Part shown: piece by piece, positions 1-10,031 of the stretch
Numbering within the stretch: position 1 is the stretch's first letter
Layout of the letters: every line of letters starts with the position of its first letter
Source: Phycisphaerae bacterium
Lineage (GTDB): Bacteria > Planctomycetota > Phycisphaerae > UBA1845 > Fen-1342
DNA length: 64,000 nt
Direction: 5' to 3'
Assembly: GCA_050115495.1 (NCBI GenBank)
Contig: JASFQK010000006.1
Span: 32,001 to 96,000, forward strand
The notes under the pieces: generated by a model
Database searches by the model: none
What the model was told of the DNA's origin: nothing
The model's input: only the letters and a program-made list of their open reading frames with translations
Made by a program: the position numbers and the translations under genes

Positions 1-1
1 C

Positions 2-154
2 CGGCCGCGTCTGGCGCAGGCACTGCGCCAGTACGGCAACCTCGCCGAGGTCGATCAGGTCCTGCGAAACATCCTGTGGGATATCCGTCGCTTCGCCGGC
101 CTGGCCGAGCAGGCCGACGACATCACCATGATCGGCCTGCGCATTCTGCCCTGA
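2..154 (+). CDS. C-terminal fragment of a PP2C/SpoIIE (RsbU-like) phosphatase (gene starts before the window)
   Basis: Frame 2 reads RPRLAQALRQYG...IRRFAGLAEQADDITMIGLRILP*; the terminal DDIT-hydrophobic strand is typical of SpoIIE domains. Confidence 0.7.
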   Translation, partial: RPRLAQALRQYGNLAEVDQVLRNILWDIRRFAGLAEQADDITMIGLRILP

Positions 155-331
155 GCGGGCGGCAAGAGCCCGTAACGCAGATCCCAACCCCGGGTGGGTC
201 GGGCGTCCCGCCCAACGTGGCCGTGGTTACACGACAGCCGCGCGGAACCCCGTTTCAGGTTGGGACACCGCGCCGCCTTTGGAGCCGTGTGCCAGGATGG
301 AGGGAGAGGGGTGGCCTTTCGTCGTCCTCGA

Positions 332-491
332 CCAGGGACTGAAGTCCCTGGCTACGGTCGTGCGCCCTCCGGGCGGGGAAGCGGACGCTCGATGCGTCTT
401 CGCCCGGAGGGCGCGCGTTGGTTGCCAGGGACTTCAGTCCCTGGGCCGGGAGCCTCAACCTCTCTATGTCTTCTTCGCCCGGAGGGCGCAC
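332..491. repeat. REP/BIME-like palindromic repeat cluster
   Basis: 332-375 (CCAGGGACTGAAGTCCCTGGCTAC...CGCCCTCCGGGCG) is the inverted copy of 401-444 (CGCCCGGAGGGCG...GTTGCCAGGGACTTCAGTCCCTGG); third partial copy at 476-491; lies between convergent genes. Confidence 0.75.
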
Positions 492-664
492 GGAGGGAAG
501 AGGGCCCAGAAATCGACGGATTTCGGGTGAAACGCCCGACCTACGCGATCCGCACGACCCGCCCCGGGATTCATGCGCGCGCTCCAGCCACTCTCCCAGT
601 CGAGACTGGCCTACGAGCGCTCACATGCGCCACCCACCCGAGACCGACCCTCGGGCTCCGATGC

Positions 665-1789
665 CTACTCGGCCTTCTTGGCACCCGTGACCGGAGGCTC
701 GACCGACCGGGCCGGCGTTTGGGACTGCTGACCAAACGCGGTCAGGCCGCCGAGCGCACCGAGCCCCATCGTCTCCACCGCCGTCGACGGCACGATGACC
801 ATCGAGCCCTTCTGCTTGAGCCCCTCGAAGACCATGTTCATCGCCCGCAGGTGCAGCGCCACCGGGTTCTGCTGATAGGCGACTGACGCTTTGGCGAACT
901 TCTCGGCGATCTCCGTCTCGGCGGTGCCGAGGATGATGCGCGACTGCCGCTCGCGTTCGGCCTGGGCCTGCTTGCTCATGGCATCCTCGAGGCCCTTCGG
1001 GATGATGATGTCGCGGATCTCGACCGCCTGGGCGGTGATGCCCCACGGGTTCGTCTTCGAGTCGAGCACTTCCTGGATCTCGTGGCCGAGGCGCTCGCGA
1101 TGCGAGAGCAGCTCGGCAAGCTCGCCGCGACCGATGGCGTCACGCAGCGCCGTCTGCGCAGACAGAATCACCGCCGAAGCGAAGTTCTCGACTTCGAGCA
1201 CCGCCTTCTCGGCGTCCCAGACCATCCAGAAGGCGATAGCATCGACGTTTACTGGCACGGTGTCCTTGGTGAGCGTCGTCTCGGCGCGGAAGTCGCTGAC
1301 GCGGATGCGCTGATCCACGTACTGGGCGACCTTGTCGACGACCGGCACGACAGCGAAGAGCCCCGGCCCGCGAATACCACGAAACCGGCCGAAGCGCAGC
1401 ACGACCGCCCGCTCCCACTGATAGGCGATCTGCACCCCCGGCGCAATCAGCGCGGCGACGACGGTCGTGATGAGCAGTACGAGAAACGGCTCGAGGATGA
1501 CGTACCGGAAGGCGAGGTAGCCCGTCACGGCGACCAGCGTCGTGAAGACCACGACGGTGCTCCAGACCTGCGCACAGCGGAAGGCACTGGCCAGGATCAG
1601 GGCCCCGCCCAACGCGTACCCGACGGCGTGGATCGTCGGACCGTTCACGACGCCGTGCACAATCATCCCGCCCAACATCAGCAATACGAGCAGCAGCATG
1701 TTGAGCGGAGCGAAGCGGAAGTCCGCCGGCGCCGACGCCGAGAAGCGTTCCCAACCGCCGAGGTTCAGGTTTATGGTCTTGCCCGCCAT
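665..1789 (-). CDS. SPFH/band 7 (stomatin/slipin) family membrane protein with extra N-terminal TM helices
   Basis: WERAVVLRFGRF..GPGLF, TLTKDTVPVNVDAI, AQTALRDAIG, WGI..VEIRDI, AMSKQAQAERER motifs. Confidence 0.92.
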   Translation of the reverse strand: MAGKTINLNLGGWERFSASAPADFRFAPLNMLLLVLLMLGGMIVHGVVNGPTIHAVGYALGGALILASAFRCAQVWSTVVVFTTLVAVTGYLAFRYVILEPFLVLLITTVVAALIAPGVQIAYQWERAVVLRFGRFRGIRGPGLFAVVPVVDKVAQYVDQRIRVSDFRAETTLTKDTVPVNVDAIAFWMVWDAEKAVLEVENFASAVILSAQTALRDAIGRGELAELLSHRERLGHEIQEVLDSKTNPWGITAQAVEIRDIIIPKGLEDAMSKQAQAERERQSRIILGTAETEIAEKFAKASVAYQQNPVALHLRAMNMVFEGLKQKGSMVIVPSTAVETMGLGALGGLTAFGQQSQTPARSVEPPVTGAKKAE

Positions 1790-1836
1790 GGTTGTTTCTC
1801 CTTGCCGGGAGGGACCGGCGATCGCGTCGCCGGCGG

Positions 1837-2220
1837 TCAGCGCTGCTCAGCGCGTGCCGCCAACGCCGCCACTACCTCGTCCAGAGTGAAGCCGTATGCC
1901 GACGCCCGGGAAAGCAGCTCGGTGCAGATCTGGTTGAGCATGCGCTGGCGTTGCTCCGGGGACAGCTCGATCTTCTCGGTTCCGATAAACGTGCCCGTGC
2001 CCATCTGCGTACACACGACGCCACGGATCTCCAATTCCTGGTAGGCCCGGGCAACGGTGTTCGGGTTGATCTTCAGCTCGACCGCCAGTTGCCGCACCGT
2101 CGGCAGTTGGTCCCCATGACTGAGGCGTCCGTCGGCGATCGCAAACTGCACCTGGTCAATAATCTGCCGGTAGAACGGCACGCCGCTTCGGGCATCGATG
2201 GAAAGTCGCAATCCGGACAT
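1837..2220 (-). CDS. GntR family transcriptional regulator, YtrA subfamily
   Basis: PFYRQIIDQV..GDQLPTVRQLAVELKINPNTVARAYQELE..GTGTFI with short C-terminal domain; ATG at 2220. Confidence 0.93.
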   Translation of the reverse strand: MSGLRLSIDARSGVPFYRQIIDQVQFAIADGRLSHGDQLPTVRQLAVELKINPNTVARAYQELEIRGVVCTQMGTGTFIGTEKIELSPEQRQRMLNQICTELLSRASAYGFTLDEVVAALAARAEQR

Positions 2221-2254
2221 GGCCGCCTCACCGTCATCATAAAGTAACATAGCA

Positions 2255-2295
2255 CTAGTGTACTAGAAGTATAACACACTAGGACATCAAGTCAA
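2255..2295 (-). promoter_or_regulatory. Sigma70-type promoter overlapped by a YtrA-like operator palindrome
   Basis: Minus strand TTGACT(2295-2290)-N16-TATACT(2273-2268) with TG extension; inverted repeat CTAGTGT-N14-ACACTAG at 2255-2282. Confidence 0.75.
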
Positions 2296-2378
2296 TTCGG
2301 CGACAGGAACATACAGGCCGGCGTCAAGACAGCCGGGCTGATCCCCCGTGAGATTGTAAGCAATTGTTAATACTGGCG

Positions 2379-4541
2379 TTACGGACGCGCGCCGCAATAG
2401 GCGGGGGTGCAGGCGCCTTCCATTGCCTGCCGAAGCTCGCCGACCATATGCCCGGGCCGGTAGGGCTTCTGGATGAAGGCGGCGGGCCGACAGCAACTGA
2501 GCTGCCGGCGGGCGTCCTCCTCGCTGTAGCCGCTCGAGATGACGACCGGCAGCGCCACCCGCATGCGGTGCAGCTCCCGGCACACGTCGTGGCCGGGCAG
2601 GCCGGGCATGGTGAGATCGAGCAGAACAACGTCGATCTCGTCCATGTGAGCGCGGAACAACTCCAGTGCCTCCGGCCCATTGTCCGCCGTCATGACGTGG
2701 AAGCCGGAGCGTTCGAGCGCGGTCTGCGCCAGCTCGCGCACCGTCTCCTCGTCGTCGACGACAAGGACCGTCCCCGCTCGATCACCAGCCATCGTCGTCT
2801 CCATCTCCGCCGGCGGTTCGACCGGGGCGGCCACCGTCCCCGCTACCGGGAAGGCGATACGGATTGTCGTACCTGCGCCGGGTTCGCTCTGAACGCGGAT
2901 CGCACCGCCGTGAGCACGCACGATGCCCAGGACGGCGGCGAGGCCCAGCCCCCGACCTTTGAACTTCGTCGTGAAGAACGGATCAAAGATCCGGGCACGT
3001 GTCTCGGCGTCCATGCCACAGCCGTCGTCGGCCACCTCGAAATAGACATACCGGCCGCGCGGCGGCTCGCCGCCGAACCACGCCTCCGGCGGATCGTCGA
3101 CGGCCGACTCGGCGACGCCGGTCTGAGCGCAAACGTGCCCCGCTCGCTCGCCCATCGCCTCGGCGGCGTTGGTCACGAGGCTAACGAGTACGCGGCGCAC
3201 CTGTGCAGTGTCGATTTCGACCGCGGGCACGGCAGTGGCGAAGTCGCCGGCGAAAGTCGCCCGCCGCGACACCACGGCGCGGAGGAGGTCTTCCAGGTCC
3301 CGGGCGAGTTCTGACAGGTCGACGGGAGTGACGTCGAGGCGACCCTTGCCGGAGTACGCCAGCATCTGGCGGGTCAGGTCCGCAGCGCGCTGGGCGGCGC
3401 GGGCGATGCGTTGGGCAAGCTCGCGAGCCGGCGACTTGGGCGGCAGGTCTTCCAGCAACATGCTGGCGTTGCCCAGGACGCCCACGAGCAGGTTGTTGAA
3501 ATCGTGGGCGATACCGCCAGCGAGCTCGACCAGACTCTCCAGCTTCCGCGCCGACTGCATGCGCGTGAGGAACTTGCGCTGGTGCTCTTCCGCGTGCTTG
3601 CGGGCGGTGATATCCAGGGCGATCTCCATGCGCACGAGGCGACCATCCGGCCAGCGGATGGCCCGGTCCACGCACTGGTACCAGCGCTGCGTGCGGGGGT
3701 TCCACTGCTCCCAGACCACCGGCGGCTGCGGACGGCCGACGTCGTCCACCAACAGCGCATTCGTGCAGAACGGGCACTCCCCCGTCTGGCCCTCCTGGAA
3801 CATCTCGTAGCAGCGCTGCCCGGCGCTGTCGCCGAAATGCTCCACGACGTAACGGTTGACGGCGAGCACCTCGTGCGTCTCCATGTCGGCTACGTACACG
3901 GCGCCTTCCAAACCGTTGAAGATGGCGAAGAGCTCGTTGATCTGTTGGCGCAGCGCCTGCTCGGCGCGCTTGTGTCCCGAGATGTCCCGCATGATCGAGG
4001 AAATGCCGACAACATGACCACGGGCGTCTTCAATTGGCGAGACCGTGGCCGACACGGGAATCTCAGCGCCGTCGCGAGCGCAGCAGGCGGTCTCGATCTG
4101 CCCGCTCGGTGCGCGGCGTATGGCCCCCGTGCGTAGTTCCACAGCCTCGGTCAGACGGCTCTCAGGAATCAATCGCGCCACCGGCTGCCCGAGAATCTCC
4201 GCCGCCGCGTAGCCGTACAGCCGCTCGGCGCCCGCGTTCCAACTCACGATGCGGCCGGTGAGATCCTCAGCGATGATGGCGTCGCTCGAAGAGGCCACGA
4301 TGGCCGCGAGCCGGCGCACCTCCGCCTCCGCATCGGTCCGTTCGGCCACGCGTTTGCGGAATTGCCACCAGGCGCAGCCCAACCCGACCACACCGATCAA
4401 CCACAACAGCATGCAGCGCACCGGCAGCAATCCCTGGCCCGTTCCCGTCGCTCCCCACACGGCGGTGGCGGCGATCGCCGCTGTCCAACCCACCAGGAGA
4501 TACACCGCGTATCGTTCAATTGGGACTTCGCGAACGGCCAT
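2379..4541 (-). CDS. Membrane-bound hybrid sensor histidine kinase (2 TM, 2 PAS, HisKA, HATPase, REC)
   Basis: LAGGIAHDFNNLL H-box, DDGCGM, FDPFFTTKFKGRGLGL, C-terminal VLVVDDE..LLDLTMP..KP; ATG at 4541 follows GGAG. Confidence 0.93.
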   Translation of the reverse strand: MAVREVPIERYAVYLLVGWTAAIAATAVWGATGTGQGLLPVRCMLLWLIGVVGLGCAWWQFRKRVAERTDAEAEVRRLAAIVASSSDAIIAEDLTGRIVSWNAGAERLYGYAAAEILGQPVARLIPESRLTEAVELRTGAIRRAPSGQIETACCARDGAEIPVSATVSPIEDARGHVVGISSIMRDISGHKRAEQALRQQINELFAIFNGLEGAVYVADMETHEVLAVNRYVVEHFGDSAGQRCYEMFQEGQTGECPFCTNALLVDDVGRPQPPVVWEQWNPRTQRWYQCVDRAIRWPDGRLVRMEIALDITARKHAEEHQRKFLTRMQSARKLESLVELAGGIAHDFNNLLVGVLGNASMLLEDLPPKSPARELAQRIARAAQRAADLTRQMLAYSGKGRLDVTPVDLSELARDLEDLLRAVVSRRATFAGDFATAVPAVEIDTAQVRRVLVSLVTNAAEAMGERAGHVCAQTGVAESAVDDPPEAWFGGEPPRGRYVYFEVADDGCGMDAETRARIFDPFFTTKFKGRGLGLAAVLGIVRAHGGAIRVQSEPGAGTTIRIAFPVAGTVAAPVEPPAEMETTMAGDRAGTVLVVDDEETVRELAQTALERSGFHVMTADNGPEALELFRAHMDEIDVVLLDLTMPGLPGHDVCRELHRMRVALPVVISSGYSEEDARRQLSCCRPAAFIQKPYRPGHMVGELRQAMEGACTPAYCGARP

Positions 4542-4933
4542 CGTCCAACTCCAGGTCGGCCGATACGGCCAGACTGCCGTCACCCCGTATTACCCAGCCC
4601 TTGGACAGCGACGCCAACGTGGGACCGGCCGGAGTGTCACGTCGGGCACCGCCCGTTCGTGTTCGCTTAATGCTCGCTTCAGGTCACTGCGAAGTTGCCG
4701 CGGACTGTGCCGCGTAGGCTCCATGATTGACTTGGTGCGACTGCCGGGCGGCCATACCTGACGTTCAACGCCGGCGGCCGCTCCGTTCGGCCCGCAGTCG
4801 CAATTGGGCTTATCGGGCGCTCCGCCCGCCGGCACTTACCGGACATGCGCTACGGGCGCAGTTCGTGCGCCCGACGTGCCTGCGGGGTCCCCTGCGCAGC
4901 GTCCCCCCAACAGCAACAGCGCCGTAATCGGTG

Positions 4934-5371
4934 TTATTCGTCAAACGGTGGCGGATTCGCGGCGGAACTCAGCTTGCCGAACAGACGCCAGTGCTGCCAG
5001 GCGTTGCGGGCCGCGACCGAGTTCCACGCGCCGAAGAGCACGAGCAACACGCCGGTCATGTCGTTGAACAGCAGCCAGATAGCACCGATCACCAGGCAAC
5101 CCGCCGCCGCCACGACGCCCACGATCATGTCCAGCAGCAGCGCGACCGGCAGGCGCGCCCACAGCAGGCCGGCCACGATGAGCAGACCGATCCCCACGCC
5201 TTGGGCGCCATAGGTGAAGGCCGCCACCGAGCCGTTATAGAAAGCGCTGTCGCTGCATCCCTCCAATCCCACATAGAAACCCATGTACAGAAGCAGGCCC
5301 GCCGAGATCAGCGTCTCGAACAACCCCTCTGCCGCAGGCAGACGCGGTGCTGGCGGTCGACTCTCGTCCAT
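4934..5371 (-). CDS. Small hypothetical membrane protein (about 4 TM)
   Basis: Hydrophobic helices; GGAGG upstream of ATG at 5371. Confidence 0.7.
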   Translation of the reverse strand: MDESRPPAPRLPAAEGLFETLISAGLLLYMGFYVGLEGCSDSAFYNGSVAAFTYGAQGVGIGLLIVAGLLWARLPVALLLDMIVGVVAAAGCLVIGAIWLLFNDMTGVLLVLFGAWNSVAARNAWQHWRLFGKLSSAANPPPFDE

Positions 5372-5540
5372 CGGGTACCTCCCGGCCGGCCATGGGCGCC
5401 CCTGCCGACCGCATACATGGTAGCAACCGCCGACACTCTGGTACAACTTCTCACAACGGCCGCGCCTTGTGTCGGGCCGGCGGCGGTTCTACCATGCACG
5501 TCAGCGTTTCGTGCACCACTGTTCGCCGTGAGAGGGACCC

Positions 5541-6491
5541 ATGAGCCTGCGCATCCTGGCCACAATCGGCGTCGTCCTGTTCCTGCTGCCCGCCGCCCCC
5601 GCCGACACGATCGTGCTCAAGGGCGGTCAGACCATCCGCGCCGAGTTGCTGCGCGAGTATCCCGACCACCTCGTGGTCGACCTGGGCTATGACCTGCTGG
5701 CCGTCCCCCGGACGCACGTACAGGCGGTTGAGGCGGATGAGCCCGCCGACCAGCAGCCGGCCGAAACCGCGGCCACCGAAGACCTGTACAGCACAGCGGT
5801 CCTGCCGGTGGAGAGCGTCAAGCAGCTCACGCAGCGCTTCGGCGAGGGCGTGGTGCTCGTCTCGGTACCCGGTGCCCTGGGCAGCGGTTTCTTCATCAGC
5901 ACCGAGGGGCACGTCATCACCAACTTCCACGTGATCGAGGGCGAGACACGCGTCGCGGTCACCGTGTTCCGACAAACGAACGGCGAGTTTCACCGGGAGA
6001 AGTTCGAGGACGTGGACATCGTGGCCACGAACTCGTTCCTCGACCTTGCCCTGCTGCGCGTGCATCTGCCCGAGGACTACACGCCGGTCATCACCTACCT
6101 CGCCGCCGAGGACCGCATCCGCGACGGCGACACGGTCTTCGCCATCGGCAACCCGCTGGGGCTGGAGCGCAGCGTGTCGGAGGGCATCGTCGGCCGGCAC
6201 AACCGCGCCGATGAGGGCCTCGTCTATATCCAGACGACGACGCAGATCAACCCGGGTAACTCCGGTGGGCCGCTGTTCAACAGCCGCGGCGAGGTGATCG
6301 GCGTAACGAACATGAAGATCATGGGCGGGGAAGGGCTCGGCTTCGCGATTCCAGTGCGTTACGTGATCGACTTTCTGCGCAACCGGGACGCGTTCGCCTA
6401 TAACAGTGAAAGCTCCGAGGCCGGCTATCGCTACTTGCAGCCGCCGGCGCGACAGGATCCGGCGCCGCCGGACCTGAGCAGCTCGGATTGA
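5541..6491 (+). CDS. Secreted trypsin-like serine protease (S1C/HtrA-like, no PDZ)
   Basis: Signal peptide; GSGF, TNFHV, DLALL, GNPLGL, INPGNSGGPL catalytic motifs. Confidence 0.92.
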   Translation: MSLRILATIGVVLFLLPAAPADTIVLKGGQTIRAELLREYPDHLVVDLGYDLLAVPRTHVQAVEADEPADQQPAETAATEDLYSTAVLPVESVKQLTQRFGEGVVLVSVPGALGSGFFISTEGHVITNFHVIEGETRVAVTVFRQTNGEFHREKFEDVDIVATNSFLDLALLRVHLPEDYTPVITYLAAEDRIRDGDTVFAIGNPLGLERSVSEGIVGRHNRADEGLVYIQTTTQINPGNSGGPLFNSRGEVIGVTNMKIMGGEGLGFAIPVRYVIDFLRNRDAFAYNSESSEAGYRYLQPPARQDPAPPDLSSSD

Positions 6492-6523
6492 AACCGCAGA
6501 CCAGTTTCAGGGAGGTTCGACTG

Positions 6524-8305
6524 ATGAGACGCTATTCGCTGTGCATGGTGGTGGTGTTGAGCGTCGCCCTGGTTCCGTGGGCGACGGCCCAGGGACCGAA
6601 GGCCGTTTCCGATCCGGCGGAGTGGGTGCCGAGCGACGCCCTGGCCTACGTCGGCATCACCGACGTCGCGGCCGTCTGGTCCGACCTGAAGAAGACGACC
6701 AGTTTCGCAAAGGCCGAGGACGAGGAGCTGAAGGAGGCGGCCGCCAGTGGGTTTGACTTCACCGCGGTGGGCCTCAAGTTCAAGAAACGCCTCGCCGAGA
6801 TGCTGGACACCGATGCGGACCAACTGGACAACCCCTTCGCCGGCCCGCTGGCGTTTTATTTCACCGCTCCATCGGGCGCGGCCACGGAGGATGCCGTGGC
6901 GGTGCTGATCGCCACGGGGTCCGAGGGCCCGCTGCTGCGCCAATACTTCGACACGGCAATCAGCAAGCTGAAGGACGCGGCGAACGAGTACGAGGAGCAG
7001 GAAGCCGCCGGCGTGACGCTGCACGTCTTCACCTCCGAAGAGGGCGACGAGTCGACTGGCGACGAAATGGACTTCGAGAGCTTCGAGGATGAGTCGGGGA
7101 TCGAGGCGGCGATGGACAGGCTGTTCTCGACGCGTACGCTGCCGCCGAAGCTGGTGGCTGCCCTGGCCGACAATCATCTCATCATCAGCGAGTCGGTCGA
7201 GGGCGCCCGCACGGCCCTGACGCCGCGGGACAAGTCGGCCAGCCTCGCTGCGACGGATGACCACCGCGCCCTGCTCCAGGAGCTCAAGCCGACGGGCGAC
7301 GTGCGGCTGCTGATCAACGTGCCACGCCTCATCGAGATGGCCAAGGCTGAGGCCGGGGAGGATGAGGACTTCCGCAGCACGATGACGGTCCTCGGGGCGG
7401 GCAGCCTGCGTAGCGCGGTGGGCCATCTGCGTCTGGGCACCAAGTCATACGACTACAAAGGCGAAATGCTCTTCCTGATGGGCAGCCAGCGCACCGGCCT
7501 GGCCAAGCTGCTGAGCATGGAGAACCACCCGGTCGAGCCGCCGGCCAACGTCCCCGATCACTCCTCCTTCTATGCGAGCCTCAACATCGATCCGTCGGTG
7601 TTGTTCGACGAAGTCCTGCGGCTGATCACCCTCGTGGACCCGGACGCCGCCCAGGGGATTCGGGCCCAGGCCGAGGCCGTACCGATGCCGGACGGCACCA
7701 TGGTGAACGTACCGGTCGAAGTGCTGAGCCACCTGTCCGGGCCGCTGACCTTTGCTTTCGGTTTCACGAAGCCGTACGGCCCGGGCTCGCTGCGTTTTCT
7801 GGCCGCCCTGTCGCACAGCGATCGCGACGCCCTGATGCGCTTCTTCGGTCACGTACCGGAACTGACCCCGCGCGAATATCAGGGCGCCCAGGTCTTCGAC
7901 GCCCCCACCGGCGCCGGTCAGTTGGCGATCAGCAGCAACCGCGTGTTCCTCGGTACGCCGCCCGCCGTCGAGGCCACGCTGACCAACGACGAGTCTGCGC
8001 CGCTGCTGAACGACCCGGCCTTCAAGCGTGCCCTGCGCCTGGTCCCCAAGGAGGCCTGGCTCGCGCTCTACGTCGACGAGCACAAGCTCCTCGAAGCGAT
8101 GATGGAGCTCAGCAGGAAGGGCCCCGAACTGGCGGGTGACCCGAACCTGATGGGCATGATGTTCACCCTGGCCATGTTCGGTCTCGACTTCTCCGAGATG
8201 CCGGCCAAAACGCTGGACTACGCGGGGCAGATGATGATCACGGTCGCCACGACCAACGAGGGCGTACAGGTGACCATGGTCGCCCTGAAACCCGGCAAGG
8301 AATAG
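6524..8305 (+). CDS. Secreted/periplasmic hypothetical protein, DUF3352-like
   Basis: Signal peptide followed by PAEWVPSDALAYV, echoed internally as PPANVPDHSSFYA and LRLVPKEAWLALYVD; GGAGG RBS. Confidence 0.65.
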   Translation: MRRYSLCMVVVLSVALVPWATAQGPKAVSDPAEWVPSDALAYVGITDVAAVWSDLKKTTSFAKAEDEELKEAAASGFDFTAVGLKFKKRLAEMLDTDADQLDNPFAGPLAFYFTAPSGAATEDAVAVLIATGSEGPLLRQYFDTAISKLKDAANEYEEQEAAGVTLHVFTSEEGDESTGDEMDFESFEDESGIEAAMDRLFSTRTLPPKLVAALADNHLIISESVEGARTALTPRDKSASLAATDDHRALLQELKPTGDVRLLINVPRLIEMAKAEAGEDEDFRSTMTVLGAGSLRSAVGHLRLGTKSYDYKGEMLFLMGSQRTGLAKLLSMENHPVEPPANVPDHSSFYASLNIDPSVLFDEVLRLITLVDPDAAQGIRAQAEAVPMPDGTMVNVPVEVLSHLSGPLTFAFGFTKPYGPGSLRFLAALSHSDRDALMRFFGHVPELTPREYQGAQVFDAPTGAGQLAISSNRVFLGTPPAVEATLTNDESAPLLNDPAFKRALRLVPKEAWLALYVDEHKLLEAMMELSRKGPELAGDPNLMGMMFTLAMFGLDFSEMPAKTLDYAGQMMITVATTNEGVQVTMVALKPGKE

Positions 8306-8334
8306 TCGGAAATCGCCCGCGCCGCCGAGCGGAC

Positions 8335-9615
8335 TCAGCGTACGTCCCCGGTGGCGCTGGGCTCGCGAACGCGGCGCAGGCCAGCCTGGATGAACGCGTC
8401 CATCGACGAAATCGTCGCCTGGCTGGCCAAACGAATCATGTAATCGGCCGACAGCTTCGCGAACTTCTGCTCGATCAGCGCTTCGCGAATCTGCTCCTGC
8501 ACGTCGGCGAAGGACACCTCCTTCGCCGGCGTGATGTGGCCGCACTGCACGATGTACCAGCCCTGCTCCGTCTCCAGCGGCTCGCTGTGCGCCCCCTCGG
8601 CCAGCTCGAACACCAGCGCACTGGGCCGGTCGTACGGCGCTTGCAGCGGCCGGCCGATCTCACCCCACAAACCGCCCTGGGCCGCGTGCACGCCGCGGGA
8701 CATCTCGCGGGCCACCTCGTCGAAGGGACGGTCGGCCAGCGCCGCCTGGGCAGCATCGATGTGCCGCTTGGCCCGCAGGCGGGCCTGCGCCCGGGCGCTG
8801 TCCGAGGCCTGGTCCCAGGTCAGCCCCTCGGGCAAAAACGCCACAAACGGGGCCTCAATCATCAGCAATGTGCGGACCTCCGCCGACGAATACTGCTCGC
8901 GCCGCTGCTGGAACTCCCGCCAGAGCTCATCCCGCCGGACGAATACCTGGGGCAGCAGCTTCTCGCGGGTGTACTGGCGGGCGACCATCTCGCGTTCGAG
9001 CAGCTTGCGGTATTGCTCGACCGTCAGGCCATTCTGGGCGAGGTGGTGCTCGAAACGAGCCTGGCTGTCGCCGAATTCACGGCTGATCCGCCTCTGAATC
9101 TCGCGTTCGACGGCGTCGTCGACCATGGCCCGCTGCGGTTCGGAAAGGCCGGCCATCGCCTCGCGGTAAATGAGGATGGCACCAATGGCCTGCTGCACGT
9201 GGATCTCGAGCGTCCGGCGGACGACGTTGACGAAACCCTCGGCGGTCTGCGTTCGGCGGGCCTCCTCGATTTCCGCCTGAAGCGGGTATAGGACGTCGGG
9301 AAGCGTCAGCACCTCATCGTCAACCAGCAGAATGTCACCCTCAATCGCTCCCGGACCGGGGCGAATCGCCGGCGGAATCCGCAGCCGTTGCGGCGCCGGG
9401 CCTTCGGCAGCCAGTCGGGACGGGGCCGACGTGGGCACAACCTCTCCTTCGTGAATGCGGACGTTCCGCTCGGCGGAGAGCTCGGCCTGGGACTTGATCG
9501 TCGGCCGACGAGCCTCGGGCGGTGGCGCCGCTTCCCCGCCGCCACGGTGACACGCCGGCAGCAGACAGCAGACCACGAGACAGGGCCACAGGCGGGAAAT
9601 TCGATGGGATTTCAT
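8335..9615 (-). CDS. SurA/PrsA-like parvulin peptidyl-prolyl isomerase lipoprotein
   Basis: Lipobox-like LLPAC; FDEVAREMS..GGLWG..HSEPLETEQGWYIV rotamase motif; SurA-like helical N-domain. Confidence 0.85.
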   Translation of the reverse strand: MKSHRISRLWPCLVVCCLLPACHRGGGEAAPPPEARRPTIKSQAELSAERNVRIHEGEVVPTSAPSRLAAEGPAPQRLRIPPAIRPGPGAIEGDILLVDDEVLTLPDVLYPLQAEIEEARRTQTAEGFVNVVRRTLEIHVQQAIGAILIYREAMAGLSEPQRAMVDDAVEREIQRRISREFGDSQARFEHHLAQNGLTVEQYRKLLEREMVARQYTREKLLPQVFVRRDELWREFQQRREQYSSAEVRTLLMIEAPFVAFLPEGLTWDQASDSARAQARLRAKRHIDAAQAALADRPFDEVAREMSRGVHAAQGGLWGEIGRPLQAPYDRPSALVFELAEGAHSEPLETEQGWYIVQCGHITPAKEVSFADVQEQIREALIEQKFAKLSADYMIRLASQATISSMDAFIQAGLRRVREPSATGDVR

Positions 9616-9687
9616 GCGCCCACTATACTGCGGGGGTCGGCCCCGCCCAAGTCCGGCGGTTCGAAACGCTTTCCGGCTCAGGATCCC

Positions 9688-9716
9688 TTGACGCTTTCCG
9701 CGAGCCGGCCTACCTT
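9688..9716 (+). promoter_or_regulatory. Sigma70-type promoter of the tRNA-Leu/tRNA-Arg pair
   Basis: TTGACG-N17-TACCTT about 35 nt upstream of tRNA-Leu. Confidence 0.6.
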
Positions 9717-9751
9717 GGGTGGCTGTGCTGTGGGCCTCGGCCCATCAGGCT

Positions 9752-9837
9752 GCCCGGATGGCGGAATTGGCAGACGCGCCAGGTTGAGGGCCTGGTGAGG
9801 GTTATACCTCGTGCTGGTTCGAATCCAGTTCCGGGCA
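9752..9837 (+). tRNA. tRNA-Leu(GAG)
   Basis: GCCCGGA/TCCGGGC acceptor stem, anticodon arm CCAGG-TTGAGGG-CCTGG, long variable arm, GGTTCGAATCC T-arm; CCA not encoded. Confidence 0.95.
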
Positions 9838-9896
9838 TTGCCGACCGTCACGCCCGCTGACTTCGGCCGGCGGCGGACGCCGGCTGCCGTCCTTGA

Positions 9897-9970
9897 GCGC
9901 CGCTAGCTCAACTGGATAGAGCATTGGTCTACGGAACCAAAGGTTGCAGGTTCGAATCCTGCGCGGCGCG
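9897..9970 (+). tRNA. tRNA-Arg(ACG)
   Basis: GCGCCGC/GCGGCGC acceptor stem, TAGCTCAACTGGATAGAGC D-arm, TTGGT-CTACGGA-ACCAA anticodon arm, GGTTCGAATCC; CCA not encoded. Confidence 0.96.
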
Positions 9971-10031
9971 TTTTCCCCCCTTCCAACTTCCCCGGTCGAT
10001 CGGGCGGTTCGCCTGGCGCCGGTCCGTGCCC

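Noticed and set aside
76..690. ORFs 76-342, 194-886, 255-491 and 279-530
   Set aside because: They are translations of the REP-like palindromes or overlap the SPFH gene antisense; no protein-like features
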